Shown one piece after another: positions 18,379 through 28,353 of a DNA stretch of 64,000 nt. Position numbers and translations under genes: made by a program. The notes under the pieces were generated by a model, which worked only from the letters and a program-made list of their open reading frames with translations, was not told the DNA's origin and made no database searches. Within the stretch, counting starts at the first letter, position 1. Every line of letters starts with the position of its first letter. Origin of the DNA: Candidatus Microgenomatus sp. (GTDB taxonomy: Bacteria; Patescibacteriota; Minisyncoccia; UBA6257; GWB1-50-10); the NCBI GenBank assembly GCA_020724805.1, contig DYGI01000001.1, forward strand, positions 389,152-453,151, given 5' to 3'.

Positions 18379-19821
18379 ATGGACAAGGTACGTGTACGAT
18401 TTGCGCCGTCTCCCACGGGCCCTTTTAGCTTAGGAAATGCCCGTACGGCGCTCTATAACTGGCTTTTTGCCCGCCACGAAGGCGGGGAATTCTTCTTGCG
18501 TGTCGAGGACACCGACAAGGAGCGATCTAAAAAGGAGTACGAGGACGACATTCTTGAAGGTCTGAAATGGCTCGGTCTCACCTGGGATAACGCCGAGGTC
18601 ATGCGCCAGAGCGAGCGCGGGAAGATATACGAAGAAGCGCTCACCAAGCTTTTGAATGAAGGGCGCGCGTATTACTGCTTTTGCACACCGGATGAACTCG
18701 AAGCGGAGCGGCAGGCGCAGATGAGCCAGGGAATTCCTCCGAAGTACGGCGGGAAATGTCGCCACTTCACCAAAGAAGAGGCATCCGCGCAATTAGGGAA
18801 GAAATCCGCGGTCATTCGGTTTGCAATGCCGCCGCGCGAATTGGAATTCGAAGATATGATACGAGGCAAGGTGCGCGTGGATACGTCGCTTATCGGAGAT
18901 ATTGTCATTGCGCGGAACCTCCGTGACCCCCTTTATAACTTTTCCGTGGTGGTGGACGACGCCGCAATGGCAATCACGCACGTTATTCGCGGCGAGGACC
19001 ACCTCTCGAACACGCCGAAGCAGATTATGATAGCGGAAGCGCTCGGATTCACTTCGCCGCAGTTTGCACATCTCCCTCTCATCCTTGGTCCCGACAAGAA
19101 AAAACTTTCAAAGCGCAACCTTGAAGGTTCGCTGAACGACTACCGGAAGCAGGGTTATCTTCCCGAAGCGGTGTTGAATTTTTTGGTCCTTCTCGGATGG
19201 CACCCCGTAAAAGACCGCGAGATCCTTTCACGCGACGAGATGGTCGCCGAATTCAATTTGAAGCGCGTGCAGAAAGGCGGCGCGGTGATGAACGAGGAAA
19301 AACTTTCATGGCTCAATCTTCAACATCTGCGCGCGCTCCCGGTGGAAACCGTAATGGAACATCTCTCGCCATTCATTCCCGCGGAATGGAGAAAACGGCC
19401 CGCGTTTCTCCGCCGCGTAGTGGAAGTCGAACGAAATCGGATGAAAACGCTCCAGGAATTCGTCGAACTTGCGGACCCGTTTTTTGAGCTTCCCGAATAT
19501 CCCGCAACGCTTCTTATCTGGAAGGAAACGCCGAAAGAAATTGTGATAAAAAACCTTGAGGACGCCGAAGGCATCATTGCGGCGGCGCCCGAGAAAAAGC
19601 TCGTGGCCGCGGAGCTTGAGTCGCAGCTCTTTGAGATGGCAAATCGCACCGGGCGCGGCGAATTTTTGTGGCCGCTCCGCGTTGCGCTTTCCGGGCGCGA
19701 AGCATCGCCCGGGCCACTCGAACTCATCGAGGTTTTGGGAAAAGAAGAGGCGCTCCGTCGGATACACCACGCGCTCGAACTTCTCACTGGAGGCACCTTG
19801 GCGCCGGAAGTACGTTCGTAA
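18379..19821 (+). CDS. gltX: glutamyl-tRNA synthetase
   Basis: HIGH-type motif PSPTGPFSLGNARTA, KMSKS variant KLSKR, class I catalytic core. Confidence 0.9.
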   Translation: MDKVRVRFAPSPTGPFSLGNARTALYNWLFARHEGGEFFLRVEDTDKERSKKEYEDDILEGLKWLGLTWDNAEVMRQSERGKIYEEALTKLLNEGRAYYCFCTPDELEAERQAQMSQGIPPKYGGKCRHFTKEEASAQLGKKSAVIRFAMPPRELEFEDMIRGKVRVDTSLIGDIVIARNLRDPLYNFSVVVDDAAMAITHVIRGEDHLSNTPKQIMIAEALGFTSPQFAHLPLILGPDKKKLSKRNLEGSLNDYRKQGYLPEAVLNFLVLLGWHPVKDREILSRDEMVAEFNLKRVQKGGAVMNEEKLSWLNLQHLRALPVETVMEHLSPFIPAEWRKRPAFLRRVVEVERNRMKTLQEFVELADPFFELPEYPATLLIWKETPKEIVIKNLEDAEGIIAAAPEKKLVAAELESQLFEMANRTGRGEFLWPLRVALSGREASPGPLELIEVLGKEEALRRIHHALELLTGGTLAPEVRS

Positions 19822-19830
19822 TATATAACC

Positions 19831-21141
19831 ATGCCGCGCATTTTCACATCTTTGGTCGTTATCGCTTTGGTGGCAACCGGAGCGCCACTCGTGGTGGCGC
19901 AAGAAACGCCGATTTCCGGCAGTGCTTCGGTTACCGCGGAAAACAACGAGCTCAAGACAAAGATAAACGAGAAAGCCACCATTCTTGAGGCGATTGAGGC
20001 CCAAAAAGCGGCAATACAGCAGAACCTCGAAGAGGTGGAAGGGTCCGCACGCACGCTTTCACAGGAAGTAAAATCCATTGATACGAACATTCGCCAACTT
20101 GACCTCACCATCCAATCAAATGAGGTGCTTATCGAGAAGCTTGGGCTCGAGCTTGAATTCCTCGGGGACGAAATTCCTCGCATCGAGGACTCAATAAAAA
20201 ATGCGAAACTTACCATTAAAAAACTTTTTGTGGAACTTCAGGAACGCGAGCGGGAGAATTTACTCGTGATGTTCCTTCGCAATCAGAGCCTTTCGGAAAG
20301 CGTCGGCGAACTTCAAACACTCACCGCGCTCAACAATCGCCTCACTATCCAAATAGAGGAGTTCCGTACACTACAGGAAGCGCTCGCAAATCGCATCAAT
20401 GAAACGTCCCGCACAAAGTCGCGTGCGCAGGTGGAAATCACAAATCTCGCAAGCCGCCAAGTGATCGCGGCGGAAGTGAAATCGGAGAAAGAACGGCTTC
20501 TTGAAGCCACGAGAAGCCAGGAGGAGCTCTACTTGCGCCAACTCGAACAATTGAAAGCGCTTCAGGCCGAAATTTCCAAAGAAATCGATGCAATCGAAAC
20601 CGAGCTTCGGCGCACCATCGACAAAAATCTTTTACCGCTCCCGCGCCCAGGCGTGCTTCTGTGGCCGGTGGGCGGCGGACGTCTTACTCAGGAATACGGG
20701 TACACCACGTTCGCGGCGCGCAATTACGGGAGTAAGTTCCATAACGGCGCGGACATTGGTGCGCCAATCGGGACCGAAGTGTACGCTTCGGAAAAGGGAA
20801 TCGTAATCAATGTGGGAAACCAGGACGCGTATCGCGGCTGCTATCGTGCGGGATATGGAAGGTTCATTGTGGTAAAACACGAGAACGGCCTAACCACCCT
20901 CTACGCGCACCTTTCGAGGCAGATAGTGAAGGTGGGCGATGAGGTGGAACGCGGAGAGGTCATCGGATATGTGGGGCGTACGGGATGGGCCACGGGACCT
21001 CACCTCCATTTCACGGTCTTCGCCACGCAGACCATCACGCCAGCGCGCGGAAACCTCCCGGAGGGCACGGTGCAATCACGTTCCTGCGGTCCGATGCCGG
21101 TCGGCGGTGATATGAATCCGTTGCAATATTTGGATGTTTGA
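19831..21141 (+). CDS. M23 peptidase with N-terminal coiled-coil (EnvC-like)
   Basis: Signal peptide and long coiled-coil. C-terminal HxxxD (GADIGAP) and HLHF motifs. Confidence 0.8.
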   Translation: MPRIFTSLVVIALVATGAPLVVAQETPISGSASVTAENNELKTKINEKATILEAIEAQKAAIQQNLEEVEGSARTLSQEVKSIDTNIRQLDLTIQSNEVLIEKLGLELEFLGDEIPRIEDSIKNAKLTIKKLFVELQERERENLLVMFLRNQSLSESVGELQTLTALNNRLTIQIEEFRTLQEALANRINETSRTKSRAQVEITNLASRQVIAAEVKSEKERLLEATRSQEELYLRQLEQLKALQAEISKEIDAIETELRRTIDKNLLPLPRPGVLLWPVGGGRLTQEYGYTTFAARNYGSKFHNGADIGAPIGTEVYASEKGIVINVGNQDAYRGCYRAGYGRFIVVKHENGLTTLYAHLSRQIVKVGDEVERGEVIGYVGRTGWATGPHLHFTVFATQTITPARGNLPEGTVQSRSCGPMPVGGDMNPLQYLDV

Positions 21142-22048
21142 AGAACGTTCATTGCTTCAATCAAAAGCGTGGGCGCGATTACAGGAACAAGTCGGCCGCC
21201 GAGTACGCCACATGCCCGATACTGGAATATTTCTCGTTGAAATGCCTCTCCGGCTCGGTTTGCGATATGAGTATGCGCCGCACGGACCGTCGGGAGGTGC
21301 GCTGAACGGTTCGATACTCCACGATATTGCCGAACATACCCATGGCGCGGATACGGTTTTTGTGCGTATTGAGCCGCGCGTAGCGGACACGCCCGAAGCG
21401 CGGGGAGTCCTCATGCACGCAGGGTTCAGGAAAGTTCCGGACGTCCAACCGAGCGAAACGCGGATTATCGATCTCACCAAAAGCGAGGATGAATTGCTTC
21501 GTGATATGGAACACGATACGCGTTATGCGATACGCACCGCGGAAAAGAGGGGAGTGAATATTGAAGTGATACGAGACGAGGGGAAAGGCCCGGCATTCGC
21601 GAAGTTTTGGGAATTATTCGAGCACACGAACATGCGCCACGGTCTCCATGCGTACGGGAAATCCTATTACCAAGCGGTGGCGAACTTGAGCGGCGAATGT
21701 TCTGCGGAAATATTTTTAGCGAACCGTGAGGGGGGAGCCATCGCGAGCGCTATTACCGCATATTTTGGAACACACGCATATTATCTCTACGCCGCATCAC
21801 GTCCCGGACAGGGAAAATACAATGCGCCATCTCTCCTTCTCTGGGAGATCATTCGCAGCGCGAAGGCTCGCGGATGTAAAACGTTGGACCTCTGGGGCAT
21901 TTCCGAGACCAAAAAAGAGTGGCACGGCGTGACCGCTTTTAAGAAAAGTTTCGGCGGCGCTTCGATCCGGTTTGTCGGCACATGGGATTATGTGTATAGG
22001 CCGCTATGGTATCTCGGTTATCGATTTGCACGACGTATGTTGCGATAG
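21134..22048 (+). CDS. FemAB-family aminoacyl-tRNA-dependent peptidoglycan peptidyltransferase-like protein
   Basis: C-terminal block ...HAYYLYAAS...NAPSLLLWEII...GCKTLDLWGI... is typical of FemAB (PF02388). Confidence 0.65.
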   Translation: MFEERSLLQSKAWARLQEQVGRRVRHMPDTGIFLVEMPLRLGLRYEYAPHGPSGGALNGSILHDIAEHTHGADTVFVRIEPRVADTPEARGVLMHAGFRKVPDVQPSETRIIDLTKSEDELLRDMEHDTRYAIRTAEKRGVNIEVIRDEGKGPAFAKFWELFEHTNMRHGLHAYGKSYYQAVANLSGECSAEIFLANREGGAIASAITAYFGTHAYYLYAASRPGQGKYNAPSLLLWEIIRSAKARGCKTLDLWGISETKKEWHGVTAFKKSFGGASIRFVGTWDYVYRPLWYLGYRFARRMLR

Positions 22049-22060
22049 AAAAACGACCAC

Positions 22061-22357
22061 TCACTGAGCGGTCGTTTTTGACACGGTATATCGAGAATCG
22101 CGCGGAGGCGACTCGAGCAGCTTGATGAGCACCACAAACCAGGAGAGGCCGCCGATTACTCCAACGAGCGGTGCCCTCATGAGATGTGCTGCGAGGAGAA
22201 GCCCCGCGAGCGTGAAAAGAGTGCTCACAATCTGAAGATTCCTCGGGTCACGGACACGAACGTGGTTGTCGACCGCTCGGATAATTATCACGAGCGCGAG
22301 CACGATAACCACCGTAACGACCTCCCTCCAAAGCACTATCGAAGCGATGAATTCCAT
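22061..22357 (-). CDS. small membrane protein (hypothetical)
   Basis: Three TM helices. Confidence 0.4.
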   Translation of the reverse strand: MEFIASIVLWREVVTVVIVLALVIIIRAVDNHVRVRDPRNLQIVSTLFTLAGLLLAAHLMRAPLVGVIGGLSWFVVLIKLLESPPRDSRYTVSKTTAQ

Positions 22358-22461
22358 GGCACACCTCCGTGTGGATTGTGATGGGTGCTTTCAAGTAGCG
22401 CTACCACGAGCGTACTACTTGTCATGGAGTGGGTCAATGTGGCGTGATATACTGACGGTGA

Positions 22462-22770
22462 ATGGATAAGTTGCCTCAAAACCCGGATGAGTTACTTCAG
22501 ATCATGCAAGTGCCGCTCGACCTTTTGGAGCGGGCGGGAATTACTATTGATCTCTCAACCGTGATCTCCGATTTTGCGAATCAAGCCCCAGAAGGCGTGA
22601 GCGGCGTATTCCCATGGCTTCAAGAACTGTGGGCAAAGGCAGAAAGTGTGGTGAGCGGAGGAAATGTATTTGGGAGTATTTGGGAACTCATTAAAGAACT
22701 TTTAAATGTGATGGTAGGACTTTTGGGCGCACTCGTTGATCTTCTACGTTCTCTTATTGGCGCATTCTAA
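22462..22770 (+). CDS. hypothetical protein
   Basis: 102-aa ORF, helical, no motif. Confidence 0.35.
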   Translation: MDKLPQNPDELLQIMQVPLDLLERAGITIDLSTVISDFANQAPEGVSGVFPWLQELWAKAESVVSGGNVFGSIWELIKELLNVMVGLLGALVDLLRSLIGAF

Positions 22771-22853
22771 GTTCTTGTTTCTTCATTGACACGGTAGGGG
22801 AGTGTGTGTTATTTTATTTGCAGGACATCATACATACCAACAGGAGGGTTCCT

Positions 22854-23444
22854 ATGAAACTCATCGTGGTCAGACACGGAAAAACTGCGTCGACGATCGC
22901 GGGGAAGCTGCAAGGGTGGAACAATGAACCACTTTTGTCCGAAAGCGAGGCGGAAGTGGTGGCCGTCGCGGAACAACTGAAAGACGATGGCATTACTGCT
23001 ATTGTCGCGAGTCCATCGCAACGGGCGAAGCAAACCGCGGCTATCATTGCAGGCATTCTCGGAATGCGTGCCGAACAGATTCTCGCGGATCCTCGGTTCA
23101 TGGAGCGGAATTTCGGGACGCTCACCGGACTCACGTGGAGCGAGGTGGAGCGTGAGACAGGTCAAAACCTGATGCTCATTGATCGGGTTCTGCGGTATGA
23201 CTACACCCGTTTCGAAGGCGAATCGCACAAAACTGTGCGAGAACGCATCCGCGCGGGAGTGGACAACCTCGTCACTTCGTTTGCCCCGAACGACACGCTT
23301 CTTCTTGTCACACACGGCGGCGTCATCCGGCACCTCCGTGAGCTCTACGGGTCAGAAGAAGAGCAGGACCCAACGAGTATCGACTCCATCAACCGGTTCG
23401 TCGTGAACGCCACGTTCCACGGACCAACGGACGCCCAGCTATAA
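22854..23444 (+). CDS. histidine phosphatase family protein (phosphoglycerate-mutase-like)
   Basis: RHG catalytic motif (VVRHGKT) and a downstream His (VTHGGVIRHL). Confidence 0.8.
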   Translation: MKLIVVRHGKTASTIAGKLQGWNNEPLLSESEAEVVAVAEQLKDDGITAIVASPSQRAKQTAAIIAGILGMRAEQILADPRFMERNFGTLTGLTWSEVERETGQNLMLIDRVLRYDYTRFEGESHKTVRERIRAGVDNLVTSFAPNDTLLLVTHGGVIRHLRELYGSEEEQDPTSIDSINRFVVNATFHGPTDAQL

Positions 23445-23465
23445 CGGGCGTCTTTATTTTTTCTG
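23437..23465 (+). terminator. intrinsic terminator
   Basis: gacgccc...gggcgtc stem followed by tttatttttt. Confidence 0.6.
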
Positions 23466-24062
23466 TAAAAGGAGTAGGGTAGTGGAAGAACGTTTTGTGA
23501 GGGGCGCCACAAAAGACACAGCCGGGAGCATAATGCTTCCGCGCCGATACCTCAGTCAAAAACCTTTCCCTGCTCGAACAGGGAAAATCCAGGAGAGGTT
23601 TTCCACTGGTTGATGATGCTCCTGCGGCGCACAAAAGGAAGGAAAACTTTCGCGTTCGCACATGCGATGTTAGTCGATGGTGGTAGCGGGACCTCGTCCA
23701 AACTTTCTCCCTCGCTGATTTATGAACGTTCCAGCTCCGACAAATCATCGTCGGAGCTTTTGTTTTTTCATGACATAAGACCATTTCGCGATAAAAGAAT
23801 ACATCTGACGCAAAATAGCTCTTGTGCGACAGATGACCTAGGAGGAAAAGGGTCATAAACCACGCTCCCCTAGGCCATTTTGAGAGCAATATTACGGTGT
23901 CTTTATAAGGGTTTCTTTGGTTGGTTTCTCCCGGTGGGAAAAGTTATACCAGAGGTACGGAAACGCCCCTATAAACGCGTTTTAGGGGGTATTCCGCAGG
24001 TTCTAAAACCCTCCTCCGCTCCCCTCTTTTTCGCTAGAAAGGGGAGGTGAAAACCGCTATTA

Positions 24063-24839
24063 TTGGTGGCACAAATGAATTTCTACAAAACGGTTGATGA
24101 GTTCAAGGAGCAGTCCGGTTATGAAATAGACGGAGTATGGTATCCGCGCGTCACAAAGATCGTGGAGATAAAAGCAAAGCCGGCGCTATACCGGTTCTAC
24201 GGGAGAATGGGAAGTTTTGCGGCGGCAGAACAAGTGAAGAAAAATTCCGCGACCGAAGGTACGCTCATCCACGAAACCGTGGAAAAAATATTGACCGGCG
24301 AGAAACCCGGCATCCCGCCGTCGGTTGAACCTTCCATCCGCGCCTTTCTCGAATTTTTGGTGGAAAATAACATCCACGTGGACCCGGCGTACGTAGAACA
24401 CCGCCTCGTGAATTTTGAGCACCGCTATGCGGGCACTCTGGATGCCATCGCGATGATCGGCGGCAAGCTTGGTATCTTGGACATCAAGACTTCGCAGGAA
24501 ATCTATCGCGATTACAATCTTCAGACCTCGGCTTATCTCGCCGCAATGAAAGATGTGGTAAATGGCCTTGAGACGCGTTGGATACTCCGCATCGACCAAA
24601 GCCGCCCATGCATCCACTGCGGTGCATTTTTGCGTTCAAAAGGAGGGCGCGACCAGGTAAAAACCGTGTGGGGCAATCCATTCATGCAGGCGTGTCAGCA
24701 TGAATGGGGTCCAATAGAGGGGAAGATAGAACTCAAAGAATTCCCCTACTGGCACGAGGATTTCGCCGCATTCCTTGGGGCGAAAAAACTGTGGGAATGG
24801 GAGAACGAAGATTGGCTGAAGAAAGCGGGATATCTTTAA
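24063..24839 (+). CDS. PD-(D/E)xK nuclease-superfamily protein with inserted Cys-rich segment
   Basis: GTLDAIAM...ILDIKTS fits a D...(D/E)xK core. CIHCGAF Cys cluster. Confidence 0.5.
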   Translation: MVAQMNFYKTVDEFKEQSGYEIDGVWYPRVTKIVEIKAKPALYRFYGRMGSFAAAEQVKKNSATEGTLIHETVEKILTGEKPGIPPSVEPSIRAFLEFLVENNIHVDPAYVEHRLVNFEHRYAGTLDAIAMIGGKLGILDIKTSQEIYRDYNLQTSAYLAAMKDVVNGLETRWILRIDQSRPCIHCGAFLRSKGGRDQVKTVWGNPFMQACQHEWGPIEGKIELKEFPYWHEDFAAFLGAKKLWEWENEDWLKKAGYL

Positions 24840-24850
24840 TTCCCCTCCCA

Positions 24851-25195
24851 CTACCTCAATTCAAACGATATGATGCCGTGCTTTTTTAATTTCGCGCGGT
24901 ACCCGGGAAACGAGAAATACATCGTTGCCAATTCTTTCGCGGTCCGGCATGTCGGATTGATGGCGGAAGGTTTGTAGACACGCAAAAGTCCGCGAATAGT
25001 TCGGAACACGCGAACGTTTTTGACGCTTCTGGTGAATTTGGATTTGCCGCAGACAAAGACCGCTCTGTCCCCTACTTTTATGTTCCGATAGCGAGTAGTT
25101 GCCGCGCGCGTTTCCACTTTCTTTTTTCCGCGTTGAATCGCCAAGAAAATATCTCGGTTCACCGCCCGGAACCGTAGAACGTGGCTACGATTCAT
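24851..25195 (-). CDS. ASCH (PUA-like) domain protein
   Basis: FLAIQRGKKKVETR...IKVGDRAVFV pattern of ASCH domains. Start at the internal Met to remove the overlap with the upstream gene. Confidence 0.5.
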   Translation of the reverse strand: MNRSHVLRFRAVNRDIFLAIQRGKKKVETRAATTRYRNIKVGDRAVFVCGKSKFTRSVKNVRVFRTIRGLLRVYKPSAINPTCRTAKELATMYFSFPGYRAKLKKHGIISFELR

Positions 25196-25487
25196 CAAGT
25201 ATGATGCGCTTCTTAAACACTCCCCTTTCCTCGGCTTTTTTGGCGCGTATTTTCGCGACCTCGTCAGGGTCAAATTCCTTGTAGTCCGCGATAGCCGCGA
25301 TAACTTCCAAAAGATCCGCGAATTCCTCCGCGCTTTCATCCTTGCTGAATTCCTCCATCTCTTCCAGAAGTTTCTCCTTCAGTTTTGCCCAGTATTCCGC
25401 TTCGTCAGCAATGTGCGTAACGGGCGTGCCGCCTTTCTTTTTAATAACTTCCGGAATTTCATCGCGAACCAGCTTGTTGTATTTCAT
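25185..25487 (-). CDS. MazG-like nucleotide pyrophosphohydrolase (small all-alpha NTP-PPase)
   Basis: N-terminal MKYNKLVRDEIPEVI and acidic EEMEEF / EEFADLLEV metal-binding helices. Confidence 0.65.
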   Translation of the reverse strand: MKYNKLVRDEIPEVIKKKGGTPVTHIADEAEYWAKLKEKLLEEMEEFSKDESAEEFADLLEVIAAIADYKEFDPDEVAKIRAKKAEERGVFKKRIILDES

Positions 25488-25571
25488 CTCTCTATTTTAC
25501 GCTCCGTGACACTTTACATTCGCACTGCTGCGCTCAGTATTTCGTCGCCTTCGCTCCTCATTTGCGCGTTG

Positions 25572-28067
25572 TTATGCACCATGACAACGCTTGAATTTCT
25601 TTCCGCTCCCGCACCAACAGGGGTCATTGCGACCCAAATTCTTCGCTTCGGGTGGTGCCATTTTTTTCTCCGCTTCCACTTTTACTTTTTCCAAATCCAC
25701 CTCGAGTATTTGGAAAATGCTCCCCGCAACCATCGTCTCGAATTGGCTCTCAAGTCGCTTAAAAAGTATGTGCGCTTCACGACGGTATTCCACCAGTGGC
25801 TCGTGCTGGGCGTATGCGCGGATATTCACCGTTTCGCGAAGCCCCTCAAGGTTTTCCAGGTGGTCCACCCAAAGCATATCCAAAAGGCGCACCAAGTGTT
25901 GGGCGGCGAATTCCACCCGGTCGGCATCTAAAACCTCGGGAAGTTTCGAGATTCGTTCTTCGAGCGCCGCGAACGATTTTTCCGCCTCCGTATGGTCGTG
26001 CCCGTCCTCTGCGGGATGTGCCGCGAGCGCCTTCCTCCCCTCCCCTACGAACTTTTCAAGCAACTCTTTCACAGCTTCGATAAGTTCCGCGCCGTTCGCT
26101 TTCAGGAATTTCTCGCGCTTCGCATAGAGCGCGGAACGCTGCTTGTTCAGCACGTCGTCGAAATCAAGCAAGTGTTTGCGAATATCAAAGTTCATCCCTT
26201 CCACTTTTTCCTGCGCTTGGTTCACTGCTTTCGTTACGAGCCCCGATTCTATCGGCATATCGTCCGGTACATCCAACGTCTCCATCATTTTTTTGATGCG
26301 TTCGCCGCCGAAAATACGAAGAAGGTCGTCCTCAAGCGAGAGGAAAAATTGTGTTGACCCCGGGTCTCCCTGACGGCCGGAGCGTCCACGAAGCTGGTTG
26401 TCGATGCGCCGGGCTTCGTGCCGTTCGGTACCGATAACGCAGAGGCCTCCCAACGCCCTCACCTCCTCGGCGTCCGCTGCAACCGGAGGATTACCGCCCA
26501 ACACAATGTCCACGCCGCGCCCTGCCATGTTCGTTGCAACCGTCACCGCTCCTTTCCGCCCCGCCTGTGCGATAATCGCACCTTCGCGTTCATTGTTCTT
26601 TGCATTCAGCACTTCGTGAATGATGCCTGCTTTCGCAAGGCGCGCCGCGATTTCTTCGTTCTGTGCAATGGAAGTGGTACCGAGAAGCACCGGCTGCCCT
26701 TTTTCCTGGCGCGCCTTCACCTCGGCCACTACCGCGTCGTACTTTGCATCCTTTGTTTTATAGATGATGTCCGACACATCTTTCCGGGCAAGCGGGCGGT
26801 TTGGCGGCACAGGGACCACATCAAGGTTGTACACCTTATGGAATTCTTCCGCGGACGTTGCCGCGGTACCCGTCATACCCGCGATCTTCTGATAAAGGCG
26901 GAAATAGTTTTGGATGGTCACTTGCGCGTAGGTGCGGTTCTCTTCGCGAACCCTGACCCCTTCTTTCGCCTCAATGGCTTGGTGGAGTCCGCCCGAATAA
27001 CGCCGACCGTGGAGAATGCGCCCGGTGAACTGGTCTACAATGAGTACCTCTTCGTCTTTTACCATGTAGTCACGGTCCCGCGTGAAGAGCGCTTTTGCTT
27101 TGAGCGATTCCTGAAGATAGTGAACCAGCCGTCCGTGCTCGGGGGCATAGAGATTCGGTATTTTCAAAAGTTTTTCCACCTTTTCTATCCCTTCATTCGT
27201 AATATTCACCGTCCGCTGTTTTTCATCGGTCACATAATCGGTTTCGGGTACCAGGTCCGCGACCACGCGTGCAAATACCTTATAAAATTCGCTCGATTGT
27301 ACATCGGGCGCCGCAATAATGAGCGGAGTACGTGCTTCGTCTATCAAAATAGAGTCCACTTCGTCGATGATGGCGTAATGGTGACCGCGCTGTACACGGT
27401 CGGTGAGGCGGAGCGCAAGATTGTCGCGGAGAAAATCGAACCCAAACTCATGATTCGTACCGTAGGTAATGTCGGCCGCGTACGCCTCCTTCCGCGAGAT
27501 TGGCCGCAAAAATTCCTCGAATACCTTGAAGCTTCCGAGCGTGTCCCGTTCTTTATCGATATCCCCTTTCTCGGCGGTGTACGAAGGGTCGTACCGATAC
27601 GCGGCGTCGTGGGAAATGCACGCGACACTGACCCCGAGCGCGTCGTAGATCTGTCCCATCCATACCGTATCACGTTTTGCAAGGTAATCGTTCACCGTGA
27701 CCACATGCACCCCTTTTCCGGTAAGCGCGTTCAGGTAGGCGGGCGCTGTGGCGGCCAAGGTCTTCCCTTCTCCGGTCATCATCTCGGCTATCTTCCCTTC
27801 GTGAAGCGCCAGGCCTCCCATAAGTTGGACATCGTAGTGGCGCTGCTTCAAGGTTCGCTTCGCCGCTTCACGGGCAAGCGCGAACGCGCGCGGAACGACC
27901 GTGCCGGTCTCTCCTTTAAGAATCCTTTCCCTAAGTGCCGCGGAATCCTTTTTCAGCTCATCGTCAGAAAGCGAAGAAACCGCCGATTCCTCGGCGTTTA
28001 TCTGTTCTACCGCACGGCGAAGCCGGCCGTAGATACGGTTTTCGAATAGTTGGGTGAAAAATGACAC
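25572..28067 (-). CDS. secA: preprotein translocase ATPase SecA
   Basis: DEAD motor motifs (MMTGEGKTL, DEVDS), C-terminal Zn finger CWCGSGKKFKRCHG. Confidence 0.95.
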   Translation of the reverse strand: MSFFTQLFENRIYGRLRRAVEQINAEESAVSSLSDDELKKDSAALRERILKGETGTVVPRAFALAREAAKRTLKQRHYDVQLMGGLALHEGKIAEMMTGEGKTLAATAPAYLNALTGKGVHVVTVNDYLAKRDTVWMGQIYDALGVSVACISHDAAYRYDPSYTAEKGDIDKERDTLGSFKVFEEFLRPISRKEAYAADITYGTNHEFGFDFLRDNLALRLTDRVQRGHHYAIIDEVDSILIDEARTPLIIAAPDVQSSEFYKVFARVVADLVPETDYVTDEKQRTVNITNEGIEKVEKLLKIPNLYAPEHGRLVHYLQESLKAKALFTRDRDYMVKDEEVLIVDQFTGRILHGRRYSGGLHQAIEAKEGVRVREENRTYAQVTIQNYFRLYQKIAGMTGTAATSAEEFHKVYNLDVVPVPPNRPLARKDVSDIIYKTKDAKYDAVVAEVKARQEKGQPVLLGTTSIAQNEEIAARLAKAGIIHEVLNAKNNEREGAIIAQAGRKGAVTVATNMAGRGVDIVLGGNPPVAADAEEVRALGGLCVIGTERHEARRIDNQLRGRSGRQGDPGSTQFFLSLEDDLLRIFGGERIKKMMETLDVPDDMPIESGLVTKAVNQAQEKVEGMNFDIRKHLLDFDDVLNKQRSALYAKREKFLKANGAELIEAVKELLEKFVGEGRKALAAHPAEDGHDHTEAEKSFAALEERISKLPEVLDADRVEFAAQHLVRLLDMLWVDHLENLEGLRETVNIRAYAQHEPLVEYRREAHILFKRLESQFETMVAGSIFQILEVDLEKVKVEAEKKMAPPEAKNLGRNDPCWCGSGKKFKRCHGA

Positions 28068-28299
28068 CTGAGATTTTTGAAGGGGTAGCGGTGGTTGACT
28101 CCGATTTTTGTTGTTGTTAAACGAGTGCGCAAGCCGCTACCCCACAATTATGGTAGGCCAGATAAGCCCAAAAAGAAACCCACCCCTTGCGGGGTGGGAA
28201 TCGGGTTTTTCATGGGATTTCCTCGCGAGCCGAAGCTCTTGAGGACCATGAAAACACTCTCGTTTAACATTGGAAGTGTAGCACACATCTAGAAAAATG

Positions 28300-28345
28300 T
28301 AAAGCCCCAAAAAATAAAACCGCTCCAGTATTGCTACTGGAGACG
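28300..28345 (-). terminator. intrinsic terminator
   Basis: ctccagtagcaatactggag stem then T-run on the minus strand, just after the stop at 28354. Confidence 0.6.
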
Positions 28346-28353
28346 GCCACTAC

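Noticed and set aside
23389-23889. 166-aa minus-strand ORF
   Set aside because: Low-complexity, Arg/Ser-rich, no SD. Lies in a hairpin-rich region that looks noncoding.
26418-28049. 543-aa + strand ORF inside secA (and similar long antisense ORFs at 19320-20216, 47543-48304, 17493-18416, 13678-14343)
   Set aside because: They are fully antisense to confidently identified conserved genes with unmistakable motifs. They arise from high-GC codon bias and are called spurious.
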